A stretch of 64,000 nucleotides of DNA, taken from contig OZ037766.1 of assembly GCA_964035545.1 (NCBI GenBank), positions 31,300,773 through 31,364,772 on the forward strand, in the 5' to 3' direction. The position numbers and the translations under genes were made by a program. Positions within the stretch are counted from its first letter, which is position 1; each line of letters opens with the position of its first letter. Under the pieces are notes generated by a model. It was not told the DNA's origin. It worked only from the letters and a program-made list of their open reading frames with translations, and made no database searches. Shown here piece by piece: positions 41,601-55,016 of this stretch. This DNA comes from Bugula neritina (taxonomy: Eukaryota; Animalia; Bryozoa).

Positions 41601-42260
41601 TTCTTCATGCTGCATGCGTGGACATTTGCTAAGACATTAGCCAGCTTCTTGCAAAGAATAAGCTCAAACAGTGCTGGGCAGAGCTGCCTGAGAATCTTGA
41701 CTTTATCTTTACCTGAACAATGTGAAGAAGACCGCTATAATGAGCAAGAATGGGCAGATACTGTGGAACCATCTGAAGACAACCTGGGAGGAATATATGG
41801 TGAAGATATTGCTCATCCACCAAATCTAGTAGCTGGTGCAGCTGGCGGAGATGATGGTGACAGAAATAATAGAAGAGACAGAAATTACAGAGATGACCGA
41901 ATTCGTCCAGAAGAGAATGGTATTGAGGAAGTGGATAATAACGAGTTGCCGGTTGAATGCACCGAAGACAATGACGATACAAACAACACAGAAGTCACAC
42001 CTGAACCAGCGATAGGTGATGTAGATGATGAGTTTGAGCGAGCCACCAACCTTGACACTGCCGGAGCCCACTACGCTGCCATCCCTGAGGCTATAGAAGA
42101 CATTGCTCAACAAGCAGTTGACGAGCAAGCTCCTATGGATTATGACGTGACGGCACAGCCTGCTGGGAACAACCTTCTCTTTGGTTACGGCGAGCCCTGT
42201 TCAGATGAGGAAGAGATACGTCAAGATACCATTGTACATTTTCCTGATGACCAAGACTAA
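37333..42260 (+). CDS. Orphan membrane glycoprotein: hydrophobic segment, Cys-rich N-glycosylated ectodomain, second TM, acidic tail
   Basis: Phase-compatible exons 37333-37350 (start tentative), 37838-37978, 39583-39652, 40469-40542 (RAILIGSAATLIFFLANMG; NAGNAG acceptor) and a large terminal exon 40911-42260 (contains the 446-aa ORF; sequons NGT, NCT, NDS, NIT; TM AIVLFLLFFMLHAWTFA). Confidence 0.75.
38549..38618. repeat. (AT)n microsatellite
   Basis: Seen directly. Confidence 0.97.
38679..39461. repeat. 24-bp minisatellite (~33 copies) with a 216-bp higher-order duplication
   Basis: Unit AATGTGGTAGAGGACCAGCAAG(A/G)C; variant block DSVAENPQDNAVEDSKGI recurs 9 units later. Confidence 0.97.
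39894..40236. mobile_element. MITE / non-autonomous DNA transposon with ~70-bp terminal inverted repeats, TA flanks
   Basis: 39891-39963 (TTAGCCTAGGGCCACACGGTGCGTATTTTCGCATGCG..GTCCACTGT) is a near-perfect inverted copy of 40167-40239. Confidence 0.9.
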
Positions 42261-42808
42261 AAACATCTATTGTTTATTTTTTATCTTTAATCTACCCGTA
42301 ATATCATTTTATTTTCTATAATCAAAAACTTTGCAAATATGATATGCTTTGTAATATTTAAAGTGTTGCAACTTTGGTTGACCAAATATGAAACATTTTC
42401 TATATTTTTTTATATAATAGTCTTACTTCAAGCTTTTTTAGCATTTATCTTGACTTTATACTTGCATATCACCTGCTTCATGCTTGCATTTATACAAACT
42501 TTACACTGATTATTTAGTATGATACTGTCGAAATGCTTGAAAGATTTTTTTCCAATATAACTAACTTAGTTACATGGAACACTTTCTCACTACGAAAAAA
42601 ATTATTGATACTGATCAAAAATTCAATCTATAGCACTATTTTTACTATTATTATATGTTTTATTGTTATAATCAAATATAAAAGAATAACATATAAAAAC
42701 ATGACTGCACATAAATTGAAAGTATAACAAACAACATTAAATACTATATTTAAAATACCAACAACATGCCCCATCATTGCAAATAACGTCAAGTTTGTGC
42801 AAAATATA

Positions 42809-45258
42809 TCAGCGCTTTTTATTCTTTCCTTTGCTTTTGCCACTGCTTTGCTTAGCCTGCTGGGCAGCTTGTTGCTGAGCTTGATTTTGTTTTTGAATTC
42901 TGGTTTTTAATTTTGGAATCGTCTCTGCTACATACAGCATGAGTGACTTTTCTGCAAGCAAATATTAAAGCATCCATAACAAATTATCAAAGCATCCATA
43001 ACAAGCAACATTGTTAGCTTTAAAGTTTATACAATTCTATGCTAGAAATATTTGTGGCATGATGAGAATTGACACTATAAAGAAATTATTTCACTTATTT
43101 TCAAGTCAAACGCTTATGGCTGTAACACTAAAAATGGTGCTACAAAGAAATCCAAAACTAAATGAACTTATAGAAATAGACTGACAGTGACATTACATCA
43201 TAGAGGTAGACTGACAGTGACATTACATCATAGAAATAGACTGACAGTGACATTACATCATAGAGGTAGACTGACAGTGACAGTACATCATAGAAATAGA
43301 CTGACAGTGACATTACATCATAGAAATAGACTGACAGTGACATTACATCATAGAGGTAGACTGACAGTGACATTACATCATAGAGGTAGACTGACAGTGA
43401 CATTACATCATAGAGGTAGACTGACAGTGACATTACATCATAGAGGTAGACTGACAGTGACATTACATCATAAAAATAGACTGACAGTGTAAAAAGCTTA
43501 CTGGTAGGAAACTTTTCATATTTTGGTTGGCCATTATCATCCTTGAACTGGACTCTGATCCTGCCACGGTATGTCATATCTCGAGGATAAAGCTCACGGG
43601 GATAAGTTTTATTCTGTCAATAAAAAAAGAACTTGCATTTCATACAAAAGAACTAAACTTCTGTAGGTAAGCTAAGCATCACCGAGTCCTGACACAGAAT
43701 CTTAGCTCACATACATTACAGAAAGTTGTAGGAGATATTAGCTGAATAGACATACTGGCATACACAAATATATACTAGAAGCAATTACTAAAACAGAGAC
43801 ACGTACAGCTATATATGAGTAACAGTATAAGGCATATAAATATATGAGAACTATGAATGTGACACAACAAGATATCTTTCTCACCTCTACACCAACAGTA
43901 AGACCAGCAGCCACGCAGACAGTTTTAATTTCTTCATGAGTCGGATTCTCAACAGCCTGTGAATTACAGAAACAAGCTTAGTTCAGCAAACTGGTGAGGG
44001 ACTGTAAGGTAAGAGTTGAACACTAATAGAGTGAGAGAGAAATACACACTAAGGCTACAAAATAGAGAGCCATGAGTTCTCAGCACATAAGGTAAGAAAA
44101 CTCCCAAGTATCTTTCAATCGACAATAATATTTAGTTTGGATTAAAAAAATCAAAGGAGTGAAAACTTAATCTGGCTACAAAACCCCTTTAAGAAATTAG
44201 ATACAATTGAATATAACCTTAGGTAAATTGCTTAATATTAGTTGGAGACACATTAAAGACACAATATATCAAAACTACTCTAAGCAAGATAAGTAGAGTC
44301 TAATCTATGTCAAAATTTTAAATTGATATGAATATTCTAGTTAATTTAAATTGATTTCAATACTGATACAGGTAGCACAATCAAGCCACCATTTAAATAC
44401 AATAGCTAATAACCATATCTGTAAAAACACCGAAAATACAGTGGGTTGTTCATTCACTTAGATTTCATAAGTTTACATCAACACTTGTTGTAAGTGTAGG
44501 AAATTCAAGTCTCTTCTGATTTAGACTTCCCAAATTTTCAAATTTCAATGGATCATCTTAAATTTTCAGGGTAAAGCAATTAAGTGAGCAAGTCAAGTCA
44601 ATGTGTATTTAGAACTGAAATTCAGTTAGTGTTACGCGACTTTAAATAATTGAGTCAGCAAGTACTCCAGTTCACATAACTTAAGGTTAGATTCAACATT
44701 AGTAAAATTTCGAAAAATTCAAACCTGGTCTTTAGGTATTCGTCTTCCATCACTAACTGTTTTCTTGCTGTTGATATAAGCAGGGTAGAAGCACATCCAT
44801 CTAAAACAAAATTCAAAGAAATTGTATTTTATAAAGAATCAAAGTAAAATTTTTGAGTTTAGTCATAGTTTATTAGATTTAGTATTACTAATACTAATAG
44901 TAATAGTAATAAATTATAAACATAATCTGATAATGATAATACTACAAACCTAAACTATACAAACTATAACAAACTTGAATAATATTTTCTTTTGAACACA
45001 CTGATAGCATTTAATTATTGATTATAATAAAAACAATATAAATAGTGCGACTAACACTATTACTATTAGTATTAAATTTAATAATTCAAATTGTGATGAG
45101 TTAAATTTTAAATTAATTGTCCGTGCTTCCAGTTCTACATTTCAAGTTTTTTCGCTGAAAGTGAAAGCTTTTTTTAAATTATTCATTAAATTCAATGAAG
45201 TAAGTAAGTACCTTTCACGATCTGAAAACTTGAAAGATGGGTCAAAAGGCCGAGCCAT
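42809..45258 (-). CDS. SRP19: Signal recognition particle 19 kDa protein (149 aa)
   Basis: Exons 45258-45212, 44800-44725, 43956-43885, 43613-43502, 42951-42809 give MARPFDPSFKFSDRERWMCFYPAYINSKKTVSDGRRIPKDQAVENPTHEEIKTVC...YPRE...YRGRIRVQFK...KSLMLYVAETIPKLKTR...KKR*, with the hallmark SRP19 motifs. Confidence 0.97.
43172..43489. repeat. 30-bp minisatellite in SRP19 intron 4
   Basis: About 10.5 copies of TAGACTGACAGTGACATTACATCATAGA(GG/AA). Confidence 0.97.
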
Positions 45259-46618
45259 CGTCAAAATTTAGATTGATACTTCCACGTTATTTGTTAACTT
45301 TTACTATTAGGTTCTTCTTTCTGTAGCTGCTGTAAACAATTTGGGATGTGTAACTTCAATGCTCTCGTTTGAAAAAGGCTAGAAAAAAAGTGTAGCTCTA
45401 TTTATCTCTTAATAAAAATACAACGCATATTTATATTATGCTTGTAACATAATATAACACATCAATGCTGCATTTTCTTATTGTCTGTGTGTGCGGGTTC
45501 ACTGTTCCGCCCAACGTATTGCGTCCAAGTTAGTATGACAGGACTTGATGGCTATTGTAACAGCTTCCAATTATTACTTTGATTTTTATTAAAGTTTACA
45601 TTAAATTAATGATAATCATGATCATCTGATTATCATAATGATAATCATAATGATAATGATAATGTACATAGTTATAATATGCATATTACATATTTATATT
45701 GATATATAATACAAAGAAACATATGATACAAATAATATTGTTTATGATTTTCTCAAATTAAGATAATTATTATCATTCAAACATTCAATTCCATAACCAT
45801 GGTGATTGGTGATGACTAAACTAAAACTGTAAACACTAAGAGTAAGACTAAGTGTTCGACTTAGTGTAACTCAGTCTTATAGTTATAGTTAATGTTAGTC
45901 ATTGCCAATACTATTACTATATAATTATAAGTATAATTATAATTAATTATACTTATAGTTATACCTTCACGGCTTCACCTTAGTCTAATAACTAATAAGT
46001 TATAACTATAAGTAATCACACTAACAGTAACACTGTGAGACTGAGAGTGAGTGTTAATGGCAATGACACTGGACTACAGACTAAACCACGGCTACGCCTA
46101 CTACCACTGCAGCTATCTATAAACATGAGTTTAACTATAATGATAATGATAATCATAGTGAAAATTGATAATTTAAATTAAATTTAATAATCATAACAAA
46201 ATTAAATACTAAGTCTAATAGTAATACTAATAGTAATTTATTACTGTATCAGGAATGCTATAACTAATAGTAATGCTAATACTAAAAGGTAAATACTGAT
46301 GCACCTCGTGGCCACCCATTTTATTTGCAATTTTTAAAAATAAATTAATCTTAGGATCTAATCTTTCATTCCTCAGATTCAATTTTTTTTAGTGATTCTG
46401 CAACTTTTTCTCTCAATGCCAAACATGTGTGCTTTCCACTTCAACAGTAATAAAACTTTAAATTGAAAACTAGCAGTGGTTTTCATGTTGCCTATTTGGG
46501 TTTTTATTTTTGTTGTAGCAATGATTAAGTTCCCATGGTTATCTCAGAAAGATACAGTACGTCACTGCACACTTATAGATAAAAGTTACACACCTGTTAA
46601 TATTTCCACCTCTTTAGA

Positions 46619-49600
46619 ATGAATATTACCATAGCCGCTTTACTTTTGCTGCTACTGTGTGGGTTTATTGGTACAAAAGGTACATATTTATATTTTTCGT
46701 TTATCGATATTTATGTTTAGCTACCTGCTACTAAGAGAATTCTTTAAAATTTGTGTATTAATTTTTTTATGTTGAATATTTAGTTTAATTTATAAATTAC
46801 AGTTTGTGTTTCTAGCACTGTGAGATGTACCGTTTCAACGTAAAGGTGTGCATGTGAATATATATATAAGTCAATTCACTTGTAGATGTATTGTTGCCCA
46901 GCATCAAGCATTTACCAGAAGCTGCTGATGAAATTATTTCTGAGTTTAAACCTACTATAGGCAGTCTTCCAGAGCAAGTTCATCTTTCTCTTGGTAAGGA
47001 TGCAGCTTGCTGTATGCAAATTCTTTTCAAAGTCTCTCAATTTCAAAGTGAGAATAAACTTTTCAAGTATAGCTTTCATCAAGAGCACAAAATGCCTCTG
47101 ATTTAAAACTTTCTCTAAAATAGTTGAACTGTTCCTTTTAGGCGATGACGCGTATTCAATGGTTGTCCTGTGGTCTACTGCTGAAGAGCAGGAGGAAGAA
47201 AACTCCTATATTCACTATGGTGTAGGAGAAGACAACTTCACACTCACAGTAGAGGCACAGTCTGAGGACCTAAGCAATGGTAACCCTCTCGGATGTAAAG
47301 GTAAATATTGTTATACTAAGTAGCACTTAGCAGTAGTGAGTACAACTTAGTGTTATGGAAAGAGACAGTATTGAACATTACTCTGTTGTTTAGTAATGAG
47401 TATTTATTTTCCAACAGGTAATATTGAGTAGTACTTGATATTACTGAGTAATACTTAGTTTTACTGAGTAGTGTCTGGTATTATTGAGTATTACTTGGTA
47501 TTACTGAGTATCACTTGATATTACTGAGTAGTACTTATGTTTCATCACCAGGTGTTTATCGCGGAGTAATGAAAGACTTAGTACCTGGTCAAATGCACTC
47601 GTATCGAGTACAAACCGGCAGACACTTTAGCAGGAAGTACTTGTTCAAGTGCCCCGACTCTGAGGCTAATCAGTCTACCAGCTTTCTCGTGTATGGTGAC
47701 TTGGGCATACTCGGGGGTGAGTGGATTATGTTGACTCTAATTATTAAAAGGTTGGTGAAGCATTTTTCTCTCTAATACCACACATTGTAATGCACCTTCA
47801 TTGTAACATATTTTAGTTTTATGTTTATGAAAAATTTAACCAATTGAATATTTTACCAACCTAGCAGTAATTAACTAAGTCTCATCTTCTGTGCAACAAT
47901 TGATAGGTTAATTTTGGTGTGGCTAATGTTAATTTTTTTAAATTAGAACTCAATCCTTTGCCCGTTATACCATTACGAGAGTGTCTAAAGTACCACCCTC
48001 TCTGTTTTGCAGGTGGTTATACATTGGCTAGACTAATTACTGAGGCTAAGAGTGAGAAGTATAGTGCTGTGATACATGTTGGAGATTTCGCTTACGATTT
48101 CCACTCTAATGGCGGTCGTCGAGGTGCTGTATACTATCAACATTATATTAGCCAATCAAGTGTTTTATGCTGCAACACATTAACCAATAAGGTAGCTTGG
48201 TTGAACATATGAAATATGTGTTACAGGTGATGATTTCATGAGGAGTTTAGTCCCCATTGCCTCTAGACTCCCCTATATGCACTCGGTCGGAAATCATGAG
48301 ATACCTTTCGCCTTTATGCACTACAGGTTCCGGTTTAGCTCCCCGGGCACCCTCTGGCCTATCCCTTTATACAGAGTAAGTAATGTCTATTCCTTTATAC
48401 AGAGTAAGTAATGTCTATTCCCCTATACAGAGTAAGTACACTTTATACAGAGTAAGTAATATCTATTCCTTTATACAGAGTAAGTACATTCTATCCCTCT
48501 ATACATATAATATAGTTTTATAGCGTATAACACAGTGGTATAGAATTATGTTGAGTAGTGATAATATAGTATTCTAATACGTTAGTCTGGTTGTAGATGT
48601 GGTACAGCTTCCACATGGGTCTGGTCCACTTCATAAGTTACTCTACTGAAGTGTATTACACTTACAATCAGATGTACGTCTCAGCACAGTACAAGTGGTT
48701 GACAGAAGAGCTACAGGAAGCTAACAGGTACTAATAGCAGCACATTCTCTCTGTGTAGTGTTATGTAATGTTATGTAAGTGTAGAGTACATCCTGCATTG
48801 TCATGTTGGTCGCTATGGCAACGCTCTGCAAGTGACTAAAGCACTGCATAATATTTGCTGCTTTACTATTGAAGTTAAAGAGAACATGTCCAACATATTA
48901 TGTTCAGATATTTCCATTACACGTAATTTACTAGAATTAATGTTCAGAACTCTTGTTATTGTGAAAATCCTAAAAGATATTTAGGCTACCATATATGATA
49001 ATTTTATATGTGTGGCTTTTTGTATATATTTCACCAGTTTTTTTATTTGCTGTAGTATAATATTGTTTGAATGTAATATGCATTACTTATTTCCATTCTA
49101 CATGCATATATTACAATATCAAGTTACTACATAATACAGTAGACTAAAATTCAGTATAATTATACAATGTAACCTAATATACTATGCTGTATATACTATG
49201 ATGAAGGAACAGAGATACAAGGCCCTGGGTGATAGTGTTTGGGCACAGACCTATGTACTGCTCTAATTTCAATAATGATGACTGTACAAAAAATGTAAGT
49301 ATTCGTTAGACTTATATTCCTATAACATAATATCATTAATAGAGTGATAGGCCATTGTTTCCAGACCTGCCAATGCTGCTTCTAATAATAGATTATTTAA
49401 AACAGTTTCTTTCATATGCAGAAGTTTCTATTTTTCCAACGTAGTTTTCGCAGTTTACTGTTGGTGCAGCTGATCATTGTTTGGAGTTGTGCATCCTTAT
49501 ATATCAGTAAAGGGAGGACAATTCTAGTCAGTTCAATGCAATTGCAGTGGAAAGTTCATTTTACTTGATATTAGAGTTCAGATATAAGATAAGATTATTT

Positions 49601-51329
49601 ATAGTGGAACTTGCAAACTATTTTATGCATTCTAAAGAATGATGATGCAGAACACTGTGTAAGTAAGTTGGGGTTTTTTGTGGATATTGTAGCGATCACA
49701 GCTCCGCATGGAACCCCACAACTTAGAGAGATTATTCCACGAGCAGGGAGTTGATCTAATTATTCAGGCCCACGAACATTCATATGAACGGCTGTACCCG
49801 CTCTTTGATGGTGCGCTAAGTTCTCAGTCTATGATATGTTCACAGTCTATTGCTCTTTCTAAGTTTTTGCTGTTGAGTCAGTTATTTCAATAACAATATA
49901 GGTCATAGGGCCAACTCCTCTCAACCTGTCCTTGTTTCAACTGTTGTTTTCTTTTATATATTTTAATACATATTCACATGAAATTATATATAGTATATTA
50001 GAATTTACCTAACTGATTCTAATGAATCATGGTTTTTAAAAGTATTATATCAATAACTTTGCTTTTTATTAGTTTAATTTAAGCAAGCAATTGATTTAAA
50101 ATTAGTGTTCAAGATATGTTTATGTCGATTTTATTCTATTTGAATTTGTCCAGATGAAATGCTACTAGTTTAGTTACTGGGTATTTGCTATTGATTTGCA
50201 GGTGTACAGACAGACTGTAGCTACGTTAACCCCAAGGCAGCCATTCACATCATAGCCGGATCAGCGGGCTGTAATGAGAGAGAAATGTTATGCGCTGATG
50301 TTATTCTAGGCAAGCCACACCATTGGTCAGCTAAAAGGTACCACTTCCCTCATTGGCTAAATTTCTTTCATGAACACATTAGGTTGCTGTATCTCCCAAC
50401 TTTATAGCGATCTGTTATAGGTAAAAATGTTATAGTTTAATGTCTATTACCTTAAATATGTGTGCATTAGTAAAATGCAGTTCATTATGTAGCCTCTATG
50501 AAGGAAAGGCTCCTATAATGTAGAATAGAGGCATACAGTCATCATCCACTTACATCATACACTTACATCTTACACTTACAGTTACACTTACATCTTACAC
50601 TTACATCATACACTTACATCATACACTTACATCATCCACTTACATCATACACTTACATCATCCACTTACATCATACACTTACAGTTACACTTACATCATA
50701 CACTTACAGTTACACTTACATCATACACTTACAGTTACACTTACATCATACACTTACAGTTACACTTACATCATACACTTACATCTTACACTTACATCAT
50801 ACACTTACATCATCCACTTACATCATACACTTACAGTTACACTTACATCTTACACTTACATCATACACTTACATCATACACTTACATCATCCACTTACAT
50901 CATACACTTACATCATCCACTTACATCATACACTTACAGTTACACTTACATCATACACTTACATCATACACTTACAGTTACACTTACATCATACACTTAC
51001 AGTTACACTTACATCATACACTTACAGTTACACTTACATCATACACTTACAGTTACACTTACATCATACACTTACAGTTACACTTACATCATACACTTAC
51101 AGCTACATCGTACACTAAGTTATACTCACTGATGTTATAAACTGGTTACAGATCCTGGCTACCGGGACTCAATGGTTACGCCAGACTGAATGTTATAAAC
51201 TCTACCCACCTGAACTGGCAGCAGGTGATGTCCATCACAGATCAGCCTCTCGACCAGTTTTACATTGTACAAGAGCATCATGGGCCCAGACAGGAAGTAG
51301 TAGAGAGAAGGTGCAAGCGGCAGCGATGA
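46619..51329 (+). CDS. ACP7: Purple acid phosphatase, acid phosphatase type 7-like (secreted metallophosphoesterase)
   Basis: Exons 46619-46679 (signal peptide), 46886-46993, 47142-47300, 47552-47716, 48013-48123, 48227-48375, 48597-48727, 49207/49213-49294, 49693-49810, 50202-50337, 51152-51329. PAP motifs PEQVHLS, GDLG, GDFAYD, GNHE, FGHRPMY, AHEHSYER and GSAG are all present. Confidence 0.95.
47420..47535. repeat. 19-bp tandem repeat in an ACP7 intron
   Basis: About 6 copies of ATTACTGAGTAGTACTTGG-like units. Confidence 0.85.
50539..51110. repeat. 12/13-bp minisatellite in the last ACP7 intron
   Basis: Interspersed ACACTTACATCAT and ACACTTACAGTT units. Confidence 0.97.
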
Positions 51330-51645
51330 TACTCTAAGTGTATTCTGTGACAATAATTCTTTAGATGTATTCTGTGGCAATAATGGTAACAGGTGCGAAC
51401 TGTGGCACAAGTGTTGGTTGAGATACTAGTTTTACAGGTTACTGTTAGTGATCCCATATTATAATATTTATATTTATTTTAAATGTGGAGTCTTTGCAAT
51501 ATTGTGATCTCATTTTTAAAAGCTTTTAAGCAATTTTGACTTTGTAATATTTTTAAGCAAGTTTATTTTTGTAAATAGAATAACAGTTTCCCATAGATTT
51601 TATATACAGACTTCAGATAGAAACATAAAATAGCATTATATACAG

Positions 51646-54600
51646 TTACTCATTGTCCGGTGGATTACACATACAGTGTAGATCCAAGACTATATGGGTG
51701 ATATGTGGGGCGTATGACTTTACCCTTTCTAGGTGAACAGCAGTAACATCCCACTCTAAAATATAGAAAGCAGATGGCATTTAGCACTAGCAGTATAATA
51801 TGGGCCAAAATGACAGTAAAAACCTAATTATGCTTTGAATGAGTGTTAATTACAATATATTATTTACTGATCCCATAACTCTTAATTAAAACTGGTATTT
51901 GATATTGCAATCCATATACCAATTTACAACACTATGACATTACGCTATACATTCATCCTAGCAAATGTCCCACAAACTCAAAAGCTCTCAAACCTGATAT
52001 TAATTCCCTATCATATTTACAAAGGCCAAGCAACACTAAGTACCATAATTTATTTTTTAGAGGGTATAACTCCAAATACAGAGAAAAGAGGACAACTTAG
52101 GCTAATTTATTAAATCATTATTGGGGACACAACTCTGTATTATTATTTCAGCAGTCACAGCACATTTACCTGCTTGGTTTGGTTTTACATCTGCAAGTAA
52201 CTGTTTAATCTCCGATATTGTCTGGCGAGTATAATACTTCTCAGCAAGCAGTCGATCTTGACCTTTTGAACTTGACCACGTAAATAAAAGATTTCAAATG
52301 TTAAATAGAACAGATTACTGCCATATATTCGAGTTGGATTCACAACTAATGTTGCCCATATTTATGTAGGTTTAAACTTAAAATTATCGACGAGCAGTCA
52401 TAAACAAGCAAGAGTACACAGTTAGAGGGATGTACACTCACTTCAAACTATCATGAATATGTAGAAATCCTCCAGTAGGTTTTAGGGCTATACATGCTAC
52501 GGACCACCCATCCCTAGATGTTGGCAACAGTCCAAGATTTATCCTATCAGCTATATCTTCTAGTCCAGCCTGACATAAAAAACATCTCATTTGAGTATAA
52601 ATTTGCTAAATATTTAACACGTTAAAAAAACGAGAATACTTTTTTTCAAAATTATTTTCTTAATAATAACTTGAACTATAATGATTTTTATTCATGACAT
52701 GCATAGTTTACAAGAAATGTTCTTACCTACATAACCTAATGAAACCATTTAATACAGTATTGTACAATTTCAAACTCAAATTGTCAAAAAAGCACCCAGC
52801 ATGAATTAAAATCCTCAGGCTAATAGCCTGAGGATTATAGCTTGTGTTTAGCTCATCACATTTTTGTAATTATTGCAGCAAGGGTGTATCTTCTGTACCA
52901 TGTAAAGTAGAGCACAGATCTGAGAGCTTGTATATTAAATAACATAGGTTACAAAAAGTTTCTGTTTTTTTTTAAATGATATAATATATGGAGTGTTTAC
53001 TTCTAGTGCTAAACTTGTATATAATCATAGACAGTTAGAAGTTATTTTTCTTTTAGCTGTGAAAAGACAACTTACTTTAGAGTTATCTCCCTCATATACA
53101 GTGCATCTGTCTGACACCTTGTTGATAGCCAAACCTTTACGCAGAGCAGTGACAGCGTCAGGGTTCCACTCACAGGCGTGCACATGCCTAGCTGCAAACA
53201 CGACGACTATGTAACCTCAACATAACCTCTATATGACACACTGTTTAAGTCAGAAACATTAAAACAAGGCATCCGTAATTCTATGAACAGATTTGAAGAC
53301 ACATTTCTAATGAAAGAACTTATCGAAATTTTATTGGTCAAAGTTTGTATAAACTGATAGTGCTAGACTAACCTTTTGTGTGCACTAAGTAAGGGAGAGT
53401 ATAATACCCTATGCCTGCATACAGATCTACAACCACCTGGTCAGTGCAGTCAAACTTTGACACTCTTAACTTTTCTGTTATATTTCCAGAACTGAACATG
53501 GTACGTGTCACATCAAAGGAGTACCTGCAAAGAGTTTACCTTTATGCTCAATATGCAGAGAGTCAAAGATGTGTGAAGATGATGGCAATGCAACAGCAAA
53601 CCAAATAAATACATACTAAGAAGTGGGAATACTTTCATACTAAACAAGTTACTTAACACTGACTTTAATATGTCATGTACAAGGCATTCACCTGACATCG
53701 CCTTATGACACTCACTTGACATCACAGACACCTGACACTCACCTTACATGGTTGTCAATATGTTCAGTCCAGCCATCCTTACCAAAAAGTAGGGTCACAG
53801 TTGGCTGTCTAAAGCCATTTGATACAGTTTTCCCCATAACACCCAACCTGCTCACTTTATGAACTTCGGCTATCTCTGCAGGATAAGAAATCATGCAATT
53901 CAAAGTTAGGCAATCACCACATGTAGTGATCTGCTCTACAATATGTGAACTACTCGAGGTTTGAATTTATTTGGCTAAAAATTCAGCAAACATGCCAATG
54001 GTGATAACAATAGTGTGCTAGAAACATATAATTCCACATCAGATAAAGTACTTTCCTTAATAGAAATAAATATCGTTTATACAAGCTAGTTATTAACAGC
54101 ATTGGCATTTGAAAAAGTGAAAACTATAAGATTCGTGTGCTACAATCCTTATAAAAATGACACAGTGTTTCATATATAATAATTTCTAATAAACTTCAAC
54201 AAATTTTAAAGGCAAACCTTGCCAAAATGTCTCGGGCAGTTCATGCCAGAACGGGTCAGCAAAAGAAGAATCTGGAAATAGTACTACGTCACCATGCTTC
54301 TGCCACTTGGTAGGCAAGTTGGATATCAGCTCATCTGCTTTCTCCCCTGACAGAACAAACCCAGAAGTAGAAATACTTGGTGTATAATGCTTCAAATATT
54401 TTGGGTTTTCAAACCATGAGTATTTCTTTTCAATATCACAGCATTGATTTATCAAACAGACAAATATCTAAGGTTATCAACAAATGTGTGCCAACTTTCA
54501 CTTTAAAGTGAAACATGATAATGTGTTGAGAATAAAGTGTGCGGGTCACAACTTTTCTTATGACAAACCAAAAGAAATTTATCCTACATAACCATTCATG

Positions 54601-55016
54601 CTATCTTAACAAAGCTGTATTCAATTCATGAACACACTAAATCGAACTTACCAAAAAAACCTTTTCTTTGAAATTTTCATATACATAACATTTGATGAAA
54701 AAATTATCAAAAACTAGATTATGGAAAAAGTTTAACTAAACAAAAATAAAACTCCAATAGTTTGATGAGTGATGGTGGTTGTATTCAGTTTATGCTTTCA
54801 TCAAAATGTGCAATATGAATTTACACAAGTGAACCTTCAAGTAAAAAAATTCCGTTACCCATTAGTAAATGATTTTAAACCTGCAATTCGTAGACATTTA
54901 TTAGCCAAATATGATTGCACTACGTTTTTCATGAGCTGATGAGCATCAAATCTCTTGGGATATTTTTTCTTTTTAACATCTTTTCTATTAGCCATTACAG
55001 GAACAGCACCAGCCAT
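51646..55016 (-). CDS. TRMT12: tRNA wybutosine-synthesizing protein 2 (TYW2)
   Basis: Exons 55016-54881 (start tentative), 54346-54218, 53875-53743, 53524-53373, 53191-53076, 52569-52442, 52270-52170, 51755-51646. Motifs WQKHGD, MFSSGNITEKLRV, VDLYAGIGYYTLP, HACEWNP, ADRINLGLLP, GGFLHIH, VKSYAPH. Confidence 0.95.

Noticed and set aside
43158-43577. 139-aa ORF with SLSVYLYDVM repeats
   Set aside because: SRP19 exon 4 read through into an intronic 30-bp minisatellite.
54936-54950. Other CTGATGA motifs (e.g. ~7252, ~46925, ~54936) as hammerhead cores
   Set aside because: Lie in coding exons and lack the stem II-GAAA-stem III arrangement.
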